This document shows positions 23,592 through 35,615 of a stretch of 64,000 nt of DNA, in pieces. The notes beneath the pieces are model-generated. The model was not told the DNA's origin, ran no database searches, and saw only the letters and a program-made list of their open reading frames with translations. Every line of letters begins with the position of its first letter. Within the stretch, counting starts at the first letter, position 1. Made by a program: the position numbers and the translations under genes. Source of the DNA: Nemertoderma westbladi (Eukaryota; Animalia; Xenacoelomorpha). The DNA is taken from contig JAUCBJ010001582.1 of assembly GCA_032718475.1 (NCBI GenBank), forward strand, positions 67,399-131,398, written 5' to 3'.

Positions 23592-25958
23592 TTATTTACT
23601 AACATTAGTTGGAGATTTGTAGTCTCCAGACTCGTTACGAGTCTCTTCTAGAAGTACGAGACGTTGAGTTGGTCTGTCTACTGTACGACCATCAATTGTC
23701 CGTACCGTTACAGTTCTTGTCACTCCATCCATAGATGGATGTGTGGCTGAAATTACACCTGTTATCCAGAAGCGTCTTTTTAGATTCACTTCTGCTAACA
23801 GCACATGATCTCCCGGCTTTAAAGCGCGAGTATTCTTGTACCAAGTAGTTCTGGCAGAAATAGAGGGCAAATAATGGTGTTGCCATATTTCCCAGAATTT
23901 GTTAGCCAGTAGTTGCGTGATTTTCCACGCTTTTCTACCGTAGCTATCGCCTTCTATTGGAATAGAAATAGGCGTCAATGTAGTCGGTGCCTGCATCAGC
24001 AGGTGTGCCGGTGTTAAAGCAAATTGGGATTGTTTGTCATCAGGTACTAATACTATTGGTCTAGTATTTAGTATTGCCTCGATTTCAACAAACAATGTTG
24101 TCAGTTGGTCGTCTGTCAAGATGTGGTTTACTGGAATTACTTTCGCCATGGCTGTTTTTATAGATCTAATCAATCTCTCCCAGACTCCGCCTCTCCATGG
24201 ACTATCTGGAGGATTAAACTTCCAAACAATCTTGTAAGGACGTAGTTCATTTGAGATTTGATCGTGATCTAATTTCTTAAAGGCTCTAGCAATTTCATTT
24301 CGAGCACCAACAAAGTTTGTACCTTGGTCTGAGTACAAGCATGTTACTAGTCCGCGTCTAGCGATACATCGCTGTAATGCTAGTATAAAGGCGTTGGTGG
24401 AAAGATCCATCACACGTTCAATATGAACTGCCCTACTGGACATGCATGTGAAAATCAGTCCCCAGCGTTTTACTAGTATACGTCCACGTTTCGTATGTAT
24501 GGGACCAAAGCAGTCAATTCCAGTCTCTGTGAAAGGTGGTCTGAATGCTTGTAGTCGTGCTTGTGGAAGTTCACTCATTTCTTGGGTACCTATTCTAGAA
24601 TGTACCTTTTTACAAATAATACACGTAATCACTGAACTTAACGCTTTACTGGGTCTAATTAATACAAATCTTGTACGTAAATAGGAAAGACAGTGATGTC
24701 TTCCAGCGTGTTTCAGATGTAAATGTGCGTCCAGTATCATTGCACGTTGTAATTCGTGATGTTGCGGTATTATTATTGGGTATCTAAAATCAGTATTAAA
24801 GTCGATGTTTTGAAGCCGAGATTTATGACAAATTAAGCCATTATAAATTATCGGACTCCAACTCAGTATTGGTGACGACTTGATTGGTTGACCTTGACTT
24901 ATAGATGTGAATTCGCGTGCGAAATATCGCAATTGGTAGTGGCGAATTAATTTAATTTCACATCTGTCAATCTCAGTCAATGTAAGTCGACGTGTAAAGT
25001 CGCGTTTGCCTTTAACGTATTGTACAAAACATACAATCCACGCTAATTTTCGGCACGCGTTTGTCCAAGAATCTGTTAGATCTACAATACGGTCGACGTA
25101 AGTATTTGTGACGTCATCAGGTAAGTCAATGGTCAATTTTGAAGGTTTTGTTTTACTAGATGGGCACACGGGTCCGCCGGTAAGTATTCCCTTGTTGACT
25201 GTTGATCCGTCCGGGTCTACGAGTAATTTGTCCTTCTTTGTTTTCTTACCTTGATTGTCGGTACTTTGTGTGTCGATCCCAGGTCTCACTGTAGGTTGTA
25301 AGGTTGGTATGTCTCTTGAGCGTAAAGTAACACCTGTATTTACATTTGCGTAGGTACTACCCACATCTGTAATACATGAGGTTTCACTGTACTTATGGTT
25401 ACTCAAGGGTGTCAAGTTTGGTAGTTTGTCAATAGAAGGCCGCTCCAATAGGGAAACTGCGGCTTTACTATGTGTTACTACGTTACTAGTGTCTAGTAGA
25501 ACATCTTGTGAAATGTCTCGTAAAATGTTTCGCGGAACATCCGGCGAAACGTCTAGTGACATGTCTGGCAAAATGTCAGGTTGACCGTCTGGTGACGTGT
25601 CTGGTTGACCGTCTGGTAACGTGTCTGGTTGACCGTCTGGGGATACGTCTGGTTGAGAAAGGCTCACAAGTCTTCCTACCTTAACTTTGAGAGTTATATT
25701 TTTCCATTTCGCCTTTGGTTTCTTCTTAAGTTTCGCCGTTGTCTTTTTCTTTGCCTTACCTTTCTTTGGTTTTCTAATTTCGGCGTCCTTAGGAATAGTA
25801 TTAGACTTGTTATCGTATAGTGGCGGCCAATGTTGTGTTGCTCTTTGCAAGAATTGTGGTCCGTGTTGCCAAAATTCCTTGTTTTCCGGTTTACAGAATT
25901 CCTCAGGCATCATTCCTCGCGATGCAATATCAGCTGGATTTTGTGGCCCGGGACAATG
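23592..25958 (-). CDS. Element 1 integrase (same frame as RT, after a single TGA) with a long low-complexity tether
   Basis: W*HCPGPQNPAD, H-x4-H...CIIC, GIDCFGP, SDQGTNF, WERLIRSIK, C-terminal DUF5641-like WEIWQHHYL. Confidence 0.93.
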   Translation of the reverse strand, partial: HCPGPQNPADIASRGMMPEEFCKPENKEFWQHGPQFLQRATQHWPPLYDNKSNTIPKDAEIRKPKKGKAKKKTTAKLKKKPKAKWKNITLKVKVGRLVSLSQPDVSPDGQPDTLPDGQPDTSPDGQPDILPDMSLDVSPDVPRNILRDISQDVLLDTSNVVTHSKAAVSLLERPSIDKLPNLTPLSNHKYSETSCITDVGSTYANVNTGVTLRSRDIPTLQPTVRPGIDTQSTDNQGKKTKKDKLLVDPDGSTVNKGILTGGPVCPSSKTKPSKLTIDLPDDVTNTYVDRIVDLTDSWTNACRKLAWIVCFVQYVKGKRDFTRRLTLTEIDRCEIKLIRHYQLRYFAREFTSISQGQPIKSSPILSWSPIIYNGLICHKSRLQNIDFNTDFRYPIIIPQHHELQRAMILDAHLHLKHAGRHHCLSYLRTRFVLIRPSKALSSVITCIICKKVHSRIGTQEMSELPQARLQAFRPPFTETGIDCFGPIHTKRGRILVKRWGLIFTCMSSRAVHIERVMDLSTNAFILALQRCIARRGLVTCLYSDQGTNFVGARNEIARAFKKLDHDQISNELRPYKIVWKFNPPDSPWRGGVWERLIRSIKTAMAKVIPVNHILTDDQLTTLFVEIEAILNTRPIVLVPDDKQSQFALTPAHLLMQAPTTLTPISIPIEGDSYGRKAWKITQLLANKFWEIWQHHYLPSISARTTWYKNTRALKPGDHVLLAEVNLKRRFWITGVISATHPSMDGVTRTVTVRTIDGRTVDRPTQRLVLLEETRNESGDYKSPTNVSK

Positions 25959-27623
25959 TCACCAATCTTCTTTTATTGAACGGTCTAGAATTTCTGCGCG
26001 ACGGTTAGCTACAAACGTCTTGAATTCAAGTGTGTCGTTATTTATGTAAAATAAAACTAACGCCGCGTCAGTCCAATAAAATATATGTAAACTTGACTGT
26101 AGTTCCGTCTGTATGAGGTTTACAATGGTAGTTGACAGAGTTGTGGCTTGTAGCTCAGCGCGTGGTGTCGTCATGTACTTAGTAGGCATTGTTTTAGCCT
26201 TAGAAGTAATGAGCGAAACATCAAACTTGTCTGAGTCTACTTGTCTGCGCAAATACGCTGTCACTCTAAAGCCGTTGTCACTGGCGTCGGAAAAACAATG
26301 TAATTCTAAGTTGTCAGGAAATGTCGTCTGTAATGGAAAATATACCCGGGGTATGGAATAATCTTCTAGTGAAGACAATTGCGCCTCCCAAGTTTTACAT
26401 AAGTCCACTTGTTCTGATGAGGTCGGTTCGTCCCATGTCAGCCCATCTTTCCAAATACTGCGCATGTATATTCTTGCTTGCAGTATTATTGGGCTGATGA
26501 AACCTAATGGATCGAACAGTCTACTTAGTTTCGACAAACAGGACCTCTTAGTCAGAGAGTCTCCTTGAGCGTCCAGTTTTACCTTCACTCGAAAGTTGTC
26601 TGTGTTCGGGTCCCAAAATAGTCCCAACACCTTTGTCTTCGGTAGTGGTTCGAATTCCAAGTCAATGTCACCACCCCCACGTTCAGTCGTTTCGAATGAA
26701 TTTACTAATTCGGCACTGTTTGAGGCAAACTTGGTGAGGTTAAAACCTCCGCCTGCTAAACAGTCCCGTAATTGATGTGCTACTGTGATAGCACTTTCTA
26801 CTGTGTCACAACTTTGTAATCCATCGTCAACATAAAAGTCTCGTTCTACGATCTGGATTACCTCTGGGTCATATTTATGTTTCTGGTCCCTAGCGGTCTG
26901 CTTTAGGGCGTACATAGTGCAATTTGGGCTGTCTCTGGCACCGAAAACGCGAACTTGCATTTGGTAAGTCGCCGGTGGTTGACTTAAGTCTCCATCCGGG
27001 TACCAGAGGAACCTCAAACTGTCTCTGTCTGGCTCTAATGCTCGCACTTGGTGAAACATGGCTTCGACGTCGCAAGTAAATGCTACTTGGCGTTGACGGA
27101 AGCGCATAATCACCCCCATGAGATAATTATTCATGTTTGGTCCATCCATCAGCTCACTATTGAGAGACGTTCCCTCAAACAGAGCCGCGCAGTCATTAAC
27201 TACACGTACTTTGTCTGGTTTATTGGGGTGTTTCACGTAGTGATGTGGCAAGTAGTATGTCTGGTCTGTCACAATCTCTGGGTTTGTCATTCTGATAACG
27301 TACCCTTTTGTCAAATACGTCTCCATCTGGGTATTATACTGCAGATGGGCTTTCTCGTCCTTTAATAGACGTTGTCTTATCGAGTTTAAACGTCTTAAGG
27401 CTAGCGGATAATTGTTTATTAGTTTAGGACGTTGGTTGCGCCATAGCATCCCTACCTCATAATGTCCGTCTTTCGTCTGGCGGATAGTATCTTCCATGAT
27501 CTTCAAAGATTGTTTCTCTTGTTCCGACATACATGGTTCGTAACTACCGGGTTCTGCTGTATCTTGTTCTAACCACCTGATAGTTTTCTCTGTTAATTCT
27601 TTGTCTAGTGCGGCTTGTTCCAC
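25959..27623 (-). CDS. Element 1 reverse transcriptase and RNase H
   Basis: YYLPHH, KVRVVND, DVEAMFHQV, FGARDSP, FYVDD, FDPLG, HCFSDAS, PRAEL and FYWTDA are Pao-type motifs. Confidence 0.95.
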   Translation of the reverse strand: MEQAALDKELTEKTIRWLEQDTAEPGSYEPCMSEQEKQSLKIMEDTIRQTKDGHYEVGMLWRNQRPKLINNYPLALRRLNSIRQRLLKDEKAHLQYNTQMETYLTKGYVIRMTNPEIVTDQTYYLPHHYVKHPNKPDKVRVVNDCAALFEGTSLNSELMDGPNMNNYLMGVIMRFRQRQVAFTCDVEAMFHQVRALEPDRDSLRFLWYPDGDLSQPPATYQMQVRVFGARDSPNCTMYALKQTARDQKHKYDPEVIQIVERDFYVDDGLQSCDTVESAITVAHQLRDCLAGGGFNLTKFASNSAELVNSFETTERGGGDIDLEFEPLPKTKVLGLFWDPNTDNFRVKVKLDAQGDSLTKRSCLSKLSRLFDPLGFISPIILQARIYMRSIWKDGLTWDEPTSSEQVDLCKTWEAQLSSLEDYSIPRVYFPLQTTFPDNLELHCFSDASDNGFRVTAYLRRQVDSDKFDVSLITSKAKTMPTKYMTTPRAELQATTLSTTIVNLIQTELQSSLHIFYWTDAALVLFYINNDTLEFKTFVANRRAEILDRSIKEDW

Positions 27624-30600
27624 TTGATGATTCCTTAACGCGTCGTCATCGACGGGCGTTGCTGAGGTTATTGGTTGAGGTAGACTCGCAAGCCTTCCGG
27701 CGTTATCATCTATCGTTGATGGAACCTTTGCCTGACTCCGTTCCTTCTCAATCTCTACACTAACCTTGTGGATTGGCTGCTCTTTGTGACTTATCGTACT
27801 CGCTACACACGTCGTACTTGTAACGTTGTTGTGTTTTGTCGAACGTAGTGTAGTATAGTCCTTGTCGTGTGAAAAGGAATGAGTTGAAGTTGTAGTTAAT
27901 AAACTACATGTATTTGTACATCGTCTTCCTCATCACTTATATCTAGTGTGCGCACAGGCGCTCGAGTATACCAACCTATCGGAGTTCGACAAGCATATGC
28001 ATTTCTTGCTACGACTACCAATGGTCTGGTTTCCCACACTTGATGTAAGTTGAATTGGTCTGTCCCGATCAGCATTGCTACCGACCGATAATTAACAGGA
28101 CATTCAGGTACACCAAGGTGTCTGAAATACTTACGGTCCTCTAAGGATTGTTCCGGCACTGGACCCAGTAAATTACTAAAGTCCTTTGTGGCTGCAAAAG
28201 TCAAATCCTTAAAGGGTAACAAAGACCTCTCCTTTTCGCTATGTTGCGATTTCGGAAGAAGAGTGTCTAAGTTTAACTTAACTCGTGTCACTGGTATTGC
28301 ACGTTGGCCATGCATACTACTTACGGTATATCGGACGTGCTTACCTTGTCGAAGATCTGTCACGACATCAGCTATCTTCTCGCCCACATAGCTGTGGGAT
28401 GAGGCTGAATCTAGGATAGCGTAGATCCTCTTGCTCCCTTTGGTGCCAGTAATCTTAATAGGAATTACGCTGAATCCTTTTAGTTGGTCAGGCGTCAGAA
28501 GCGCAATCGATGGTTGTTCGTCTCCGTCTGAGTATATGTCATCGTCTTCGTATTCTTCATCAGAAGACCCAGACTGCTCTGGGAAACAATCCCGTATATG
28601 TGTCACAAAAGTTGGTGTTGTTCTCGATTCTCGATTCTTATATGCCGTGTTACATTTCACTGCAGCTTCCGGGTGTTCCCTGATGAAGCGTTTGGTCGGC
28701 GTATGGCTGTCTGTATGGAGCAAACCGTCGTGGTTGCGTCCACAGGAAGGACAGGTGTCCGTATTTGGGCAATCCTTTCGAACATGTCCGTGTTGCGTAC
28801 ACCGCCAACAAGAGTCCAATGGCCATATCTGCAGCCGTCGTTCTTCCGAGTTTAACTCGTGAAACAGCCGACAACCTTTTAACTTGTGAGTAGTATGCCG
28901 CTTGCCTAGCTGCTCGCAGTATTGGCAACCGCTAAAGTCTGCACTCAGTTGTTGTCTGGTCTGTTTGATCCCAATAGGTGCGGATACTTTACTACCGTCC
29001 GAAAATCTTCGAGTTTCCGTCGGTGTGGCGTAAGTGGCCGTCTTGGTGGATGTCGTCGGTTGTTTTTGTCGGTTGTAGGATGGTAAGGAGATTCCTTCTG
29101 CTACGATGTGTTGGTCAGTGTAGTTGGATCGAGTCTCTACTACTGCTTACCTGGATATTAGCAGGTACACGTCCTCCAACTTCAAAAATCCACCTCGTTC
29201 TTCCCGCTGGTACTCGATCTTCCTCCACTCCCGACGAAGTCGATGGTGGAGTCTTCCTATGATCATTAATAGGACTGTAGGGGTGTTCCCGTAGTCCAGT
29301 TGTCCAATAGATTTTAATGTAGTAATAGCGTTTTTAATTTCGTCAGCCAGTTTTAGTAAGTCGACGGGTTTGGTAATAGCCCCCCCCCCCCCTTACAAAG
29401 TTCCTCTATCACTGACTTGGCCATGCTGACTGTACCTCCGTAGATTGAAGTTAAGCGATCGTATGCTAACTCGAAGGCATCTGGTACACCAACGAAAGTT
29501 TCTGCTAAACGCTTGGGTTCTCCCGTCAATGTTTGAAGCAGGTAGTTGAACTTTTCCCTTGATGTAAAAGCGCACGCCGCAATTTGAGATTCAATGTAGT
29601 CTATGAACGTGTGCCAATGCTTGGAGTTTCCGGAGAACTTAGGTGGTTGTTACGCCGGTAGTCCTTGTCTGGCTGCGTATTTAGCTATCTCCTCAGCTAC
29701 GTTCAAAGTTTCGCGTCCTTGGTTGGCAATCGAGTTGATGTTTTCCCGTCTTGGCGCTTTCCTTTGATACGAGGTGTTTCTTGAAGGTCGCTCCCTTTGT
29801 TGAATCTTCGGGTGTCTAGAGTGTTCGAATTCAGTATTTCGCGAACTATCGGTTTGAGTTTCCTCTAAACGTTCCTCAATCTGGGCCAACTTGTTGACAA
29901 CTGGTCGCATTAGGTCGGCGAATTGTTGCGTGCTAATCGCGTTCGTAGGTTGTAACGCTTTCTGTGTTGGTGTATTTTGTGGAGGATTGTCTATAAAGGA
30001 ATTGTCTGAACGCTCGCGTTTGCATTCATCGGCCGCTCCTGTTCTAAACACTTCGCGTTCCGGGTAATCCGATTCACTTGAAGTACTACTATCACCTGGA
30101 TATGGTGGCCGACGTGCTCACGTCCGTTGGGTTGTCCGGATTCTAACATTCCGTTTCGGAACATCGTCTACTGGTCTCCGTTGTTCGGTAGGCTCGCAGG
30201 TCTTCCTCGAAGTCGTAGATTGCGATGTAAACTGGTTAAGCGGTCGCGTATCCACTGGTCTCCGTTGTTCGGTAGGCTCGCAGGTCTTCCTCGAAGTCGT
30301 AGATTGCGATGTAAACTGGATTTGTGGTCGTGTTTTGGCGTTTGAGTCTAACGGCCTTGGAGGTCTAAACACGATTGGGTTTGCGTAGTGTGTCACAGGT
30401 TTGGGTGTCGAAGGTTGACTCACCTGTTTAGTCGTCATTAATGTAGGTCCGACTAATAAACTACTACAATCCGTTATTGGCGGATTACTTACCTTGACCT
30501 TTGGAATAGGCGATGACGTTGCTCTTGGCGGTATAAACATGTCCGAAATAACAAACCTGTGCTCCGTCGCATCATGGATAGGAGAAATATTACTACTACC

Positions 30601-32160
30601 CGCAATCGAAACAGGTTTTTTGGTCGTAATTGGTGCAAACATAGGAGTTACTTGAGGGAATCGTTGACATAAGTCTTTAACCAATTCTCTTCCTCGCTCA
30701 GGTGCTCCTACACTTCCTTCCGTTATTCGTTCCTGAATTTGGCGGTGCCTTACCTCTATCCGGTCTAGATCATGTCTGTCTCGAGATCTCATCGATCGAT
30801 CGCGGGCTTGTAGATCCAGATCTTCCTTAGCGTTGGCTAATTCCCTCGCCTTCTTTTCGAGTTCGAAATGAAGTTTAACTTCCTTCTCGCGTTGTTCCGT
30901 CTGTTGTTGTTGTGCCTCGAACTCCGCTACTCGTATAGCTGATTGAGCCTTTATTTGTCATTTTTTCAACTCAGCTCTCGCTTCCGAAACTCGCTTGTGT
31001 TCTTCCAACTCCGCTGCTCGTCGCTCCAACTCAGCTGCTGCTGCTCGTCGTTCCAACTCAGCTGCTGCCGCTTGTCGTTCCAACTCAGCTGCTGCCGCTT
31101 GTCGTTCCAACTCAGCTGCTGCCGCTTGTTGCGCTAACTCAGCTGCCGCTGTTCGCCGTGCTATTTCTAGCTCTAACCTTTCCATCTCAGCCGCTTCCAG
31201 TTCGGCTGCTTCTTGTAAATGAGAAATCCTTGCGACATTTGCGACGCGTAGTTTCTCTTCCTCTACAGCTGCTTGTACAGTTAATAATTGAGTTTGTTCC
31301 TCAATTTCTCGTTGTTGTCTGTAGTACTGTTGTTGCTGTCGAGAAATCTCTGACTTCACTATACTTACCTCGCCAATTTCGCTGCGAATACTCACCAATG
31401 ATTGATCCATTATGCCCGGTGCCGGTTCGATTTGTACGGGTGAAGTTTCCCTCGTATATTCCGGCACGGTTTCCAAATCTCCAACGTCTTCGCCGCACAT
31501 ACGTAAGTGATCTGTCAGATGTTTCAATTGTCCATCTAGTCTATACAGTTCCTGTTCTTCCTCGGGCTGTAATAACTCGTCAGAAACCGACTCACCTAGC
31601 AACTGGTCCGCTTGTTCCTGTTGTATCTGTCTAACGGTCGTCTTAAACTGAATCAGTTTCTCTCTAGCAATCATTAATTTCTCGAGGATTCTAAACTGTG
31701 TGTCCATATCCTGTCTCTGTCTAGCTAGATCTTGTAGACCAATTAGATTATCTACGGACTTATGTACTTTACTCTCTACTCTTACCTGTAGGGTGTAGAA
31801 CTCAAACCGAGACATCGGAGCGGTCAACTCGTCTAATATGCGTTGACCTTCTCCAATACTCCTGGTAATATGCGCCATGTATCCTCTGACGCTTCTAACT
31901 ACGCTCTCTTGGCTTCCTACTGAACTTACCATGTCCGTTTCCCTATGTCTAGGTTGCGGGACCGTTAGAAAATCCTCAGTCCTGCCGTCGCCTCGTACTA
32001 CGGCATCCGGTACTCCCGTTGGATGTACTGGTGACGCGCATGGTGTAGGTTCGGTAGGCTCGCGAGTCTTCCCCTGTGGTTCTTCCGCTACTGACTTATC
32101 CGCGTCACATGAGTCATAGTCGGTAGGTGTATTCTTCGTATAGTCTTGTTTGTCAGTCAT
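27624..32160 (-). pseudogene. Element 1 gag and aspartic protease (interrupted by stops and frameshifts)
   Basis: Coiled-coil (AAAAELERQ)n; PPKFSG capsid-like start; CWRCTQHGHVRKDC and CPSCGRNHDGLLH Pao-type knuckles; protease AILDSASS. In-frame stops at 30958, 30118 and 29650; C13 tract at ~29380. Confidence 0.85.
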
Positions 32161-34660
32161 TTCGGTAGTTGTAAGTCAAGTAAAGTGAGTGTCAAAGTAT
32201 CAAATTTACCGTATTTATATCTAACGGTACTAATTACAGTCATATAAAATTAGCCTACCGGCCGATTTTATAGCCAATGGATAAAATTAGCCTAGCGGCC
32301 AATTTTACAGCAAATGAATGTCACGGAGTAAGTATATAATAAAATTAGCCTGGCGGCCAATTTTATAACAAATAAATCGGATAACGATATACGTTATCAA
32401 AAGTAAATCAAACACAAATAATTACGGACTAATTCAGCAATAAACAAAGAAATCGTACGGAATGCATAAATACTTGAAACAGTGGAACCCACAATAATTT
32501 TAACTAATACGGTAATGCCTAACTGATTTATGCAACTTTTCGAACTCACCCCCTCCAATGATTCTCCAGAAAAACAGATTCCCAGATACAAACTGGACGT
32601 GAACCTTTCCGTTTCCAGCGTTGCGGACGAAGTGCGATTTTCCCAACCAAAGTTGTTGAGTTATCTATCTCCCAAACTTGCTAAACACGGTCTTGCTCTC
32701 GTTACAGTCTAGAAATTAGCTCTGAATCCTGAAAAACAAAAGAGTTAGGTTTTACTTTTACGAAAATTTTGTACCGGTACAATATGGTATTTAAACCCTT
32801 TTAAACACCGGTATTCAATTCCAAATATTTTACACGCGGTTCAAATCAAATTTTATTTCAAAAAATTAGCACTTAGCTAATCAAATACAAATTTTTACCT
32901 CAAAATACAAAATTTTCAAATAACTTTAGTCCTACTGAACCGTAGTTCAGTAAAACACATTCCTACTATTCTAGGAAATATGTTAAATAATACACATTCC
33001 TACTATTGGAAGAGACGGCAACGTACCCTGCAATATCCTACTGTAAAGTATGTGAATCAAAACATAATCCGACCTTCTCACCAAAACAGTAAACTCTAAG
33101 TAAGCGAATATATTGCAGTATCGGTCTCTTATAACCGGTGAGGCAGAAAACAGTCTACGAACGGACAAACTTCGATAAAACAAAATCCCGCACAGCGAAT
33201 CCTAGAATCGGGCTACTCACTGACGGACTAAGGGCGCTCGTATACTTTGCCGCGGTGTGATTTATATGCGGGTGAGAGATAGAGAGGCGCTAGCTAAATG
33301 TCTAACTAGCGGGCAAAATGCAGTACGGACAAAAATTATTTTATATATTTTGAGGTGTAAATAATTTCTAACGCGCGTGTGTATTGATTCTAACGGTCAA
33401 AATCGGTTTCAGATCCTTCACGTATATAATTACTGGGTCCAGTGTACATTTTACAAATATTCTAATTTTGTAGCTTGTAGGTCCAATACTCACGAATGAT
33501 AAGGCTCCTTCCCCTTTTGTGTATTTCCAGGACTCAAATTCAGGCATAAGGTTAATACTACGCCCAGAATTCGGCAATTTAATTTACCAGTTCCCTAATA
33601 CTAAGAAGAAATGTGTTAGTTTACTACAGTAGGCGTACAGTTACAAATAGCTGGCCTGGCGTCCTATCTAGAATTTTGGTTGCCAAGGTGGGCACGGCAA
33701 CTTCCTAACAGGATGTCGGCGGGGACACGGTAGATGTTAGTATCCCTAATAGCCTTAATTTATTTGCGCCTAGTGATAAACTGCCCTACCGCCTGAACGG
33801 TACAATCCTAATTCAGGTAAAACACAGTAACCCTTCCTGGCCTACAAGTTCCAACGCAAATGGACACCGTTGTTCTACAAACAGTCACCGACGCACCCAT
33901 ACCTAGCAAGAGTTAGGCGTACAGTTTGCTGCACCCTACCAATGTGTATGCTTTGTACCGGTGTGCCTGCGTCCTATCTGTGTACTAGTATCTCTCTGCC
34001 TGATCTCCTCTCCTTTCCCCCCGTAGGAATGTGAAGGTCTACTGTGGGTTTTCTCTGAATTAAGACAGTACAGTCCCTAGATGTAATTTTTAGCGTACAG
34101 CGTGTCACTACCTCTACCTTCGATCTTTGGTCTTACACTTAGATAGCAAGGCATTGAATGCTGTCTAACCTTTCAGGCGATGGGCGAAGAACTAAGAATG
34201 ATATTGTGGGTTGTCTCCTCCTACATTCCCCCGATGTTCCCATCTATTGCTGCAGTCCGCTATCTAGCCAGCCATCTGTCCCTCAGTTGGGTTCACCGTG
34301 GTGAAGCATAGTAAAAAACAGATGCAACAAGTATTTCTAACTTTTATTACAAAACTAATATACAATAAACTAATGCTAAGATAGAAGAAAGAATAATAAG
34401 TGTATACTCTGGTTTGTGAATAACTAATGAACAAATTGCACCTTTTTATAGCAGATTTGTGCTGCAAACAATCGAGAATATTCCATGAGTTATTTTGGGT
34501 TTTTAAAGATAATCATTGGTCCAGCAAACACGCATGTTACACGACATTGGTTACTATCTAATAACTGCAATCTTATTGGTTAATCTACTTTGAGCAAATG
34601 CAATTTAATTCGTAGCGGTTAATTTAAATGAGTTGAAACTTAGCACAAAAAATAATTCAC

Positions 34661-34730
34661 AATTACTAGGATTCGAACTCGATACCTACTACACGAATTT
34701 CCAACGCTTAACCGACTGAGCTACTGAACC
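34661..34730 (-). promoter_or_regulatory. Degenerate tRNA-like sequence (Pol III A and B boxes) next to or within the element 1 5' LTR
   Basis: GGTTCAG-TAGCTCAGTCGG-TTAAGCG...GAGTTCGAATCC; there is no acceptor stem. Confidence 0.6.
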
Positions 34731-35042
34731 ACTTGAACAATGTTATACAAATAGATATGGTAAATGCAAATGAGGACTTAATGTAATCTTTATATAAAGT
34801 TAATTCGAACAAAATAAAATTTTGAAAATCCTCGGCTTTTATGAGGATATAATTCTATACTATTATCTCCAGCTGTGTTACATCTGATTGTATATATTTC
34901 TCCCCATTGCGACGCTTTTGGATGACTGAATTACATATTAATTTTAAATTGTCGAAGCTGTTATATATTAATTCCGTTAAGGCCTTATTCTGGTAAATAA
35001 CGGTTACATTTATTGGTTGTTTGGTGATGGTGGTGTAGTAAT

Positions 35043-35615
35043 TGTGAGCGGATTCAATTCCACGTCACCAAACCCCCATAAAGTGGGAAAGCGCGCCTCT
35101 AAGCAATATTGGGAGCACGAGGTTGATTACCAATCAACCTCGTGTCATCCCAGTAAACGGGGACAATAGGCCCCAGAGAACACACACACAATAGGGGTCA
35201 GGGGTTACACCCCTGAGAGAGAGAGAATAGCAGGGGCAAAGGGAAACACTTCAGGGGAGGTAAAAGGGCGACAACAGGGTTATTAGCCAATGGGGGGAAG
35301 GCATCGGTTGAGTAATGTAATGCGGCCAACCGTGCAATATATATTATCAGTACAGCAATCATTTAGTCAGTGCATAGTTAAGTCAGTTTAGCTAGGGTAG
35401 TACCGGAACTTTAGTTACCGTCTTCGTCTTTGTGTTCCGTGTACTGTCAATACTGTATCTTATATCTTGTGTTATATATTATAATCTATCTTATACTATT
35501 ATACCCGGAGAACTATATTCAGCGATCAATAACTCTTTCACCTTTCACACACACACGGCGGGGACGCGTAGACTAAAAACCGGATAAACCGTGATCCTCC
35601 GTGGATCCCGTCACA
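35043..35615. mobile_element. Solo LTR (573 bp), family unassigned
   Basis: TGTGA...TCACA termini flanked by a perfect 5-bp TSD, GTAAT (35038-35042 and 35616-35620); contains CCAAT, TATATA and AATAA-like signals. Confidence 0.85.

Larger units (their letters stand above)
19373..34859 (-). mobile_element. BEL/Pao LTR retrotransposon, element 1 (degenerate; 3' LTR probably truncated)
   Basis: Order is gag-PR-RT-RH-IN followed by an accessory ORF. A ~119-bp direct repeat at 19373-19491 and 34741-34859 (~5 mismatches) has a PPT-like CATGGAGCGG abutting the left copy. No TSD found. Confidence 0.9.

Noticed and set aside
34661-34730. Functional tRNA gene
   Set aside because: A and B boxes are present, but the acceptor and anticodon stems do not pair.
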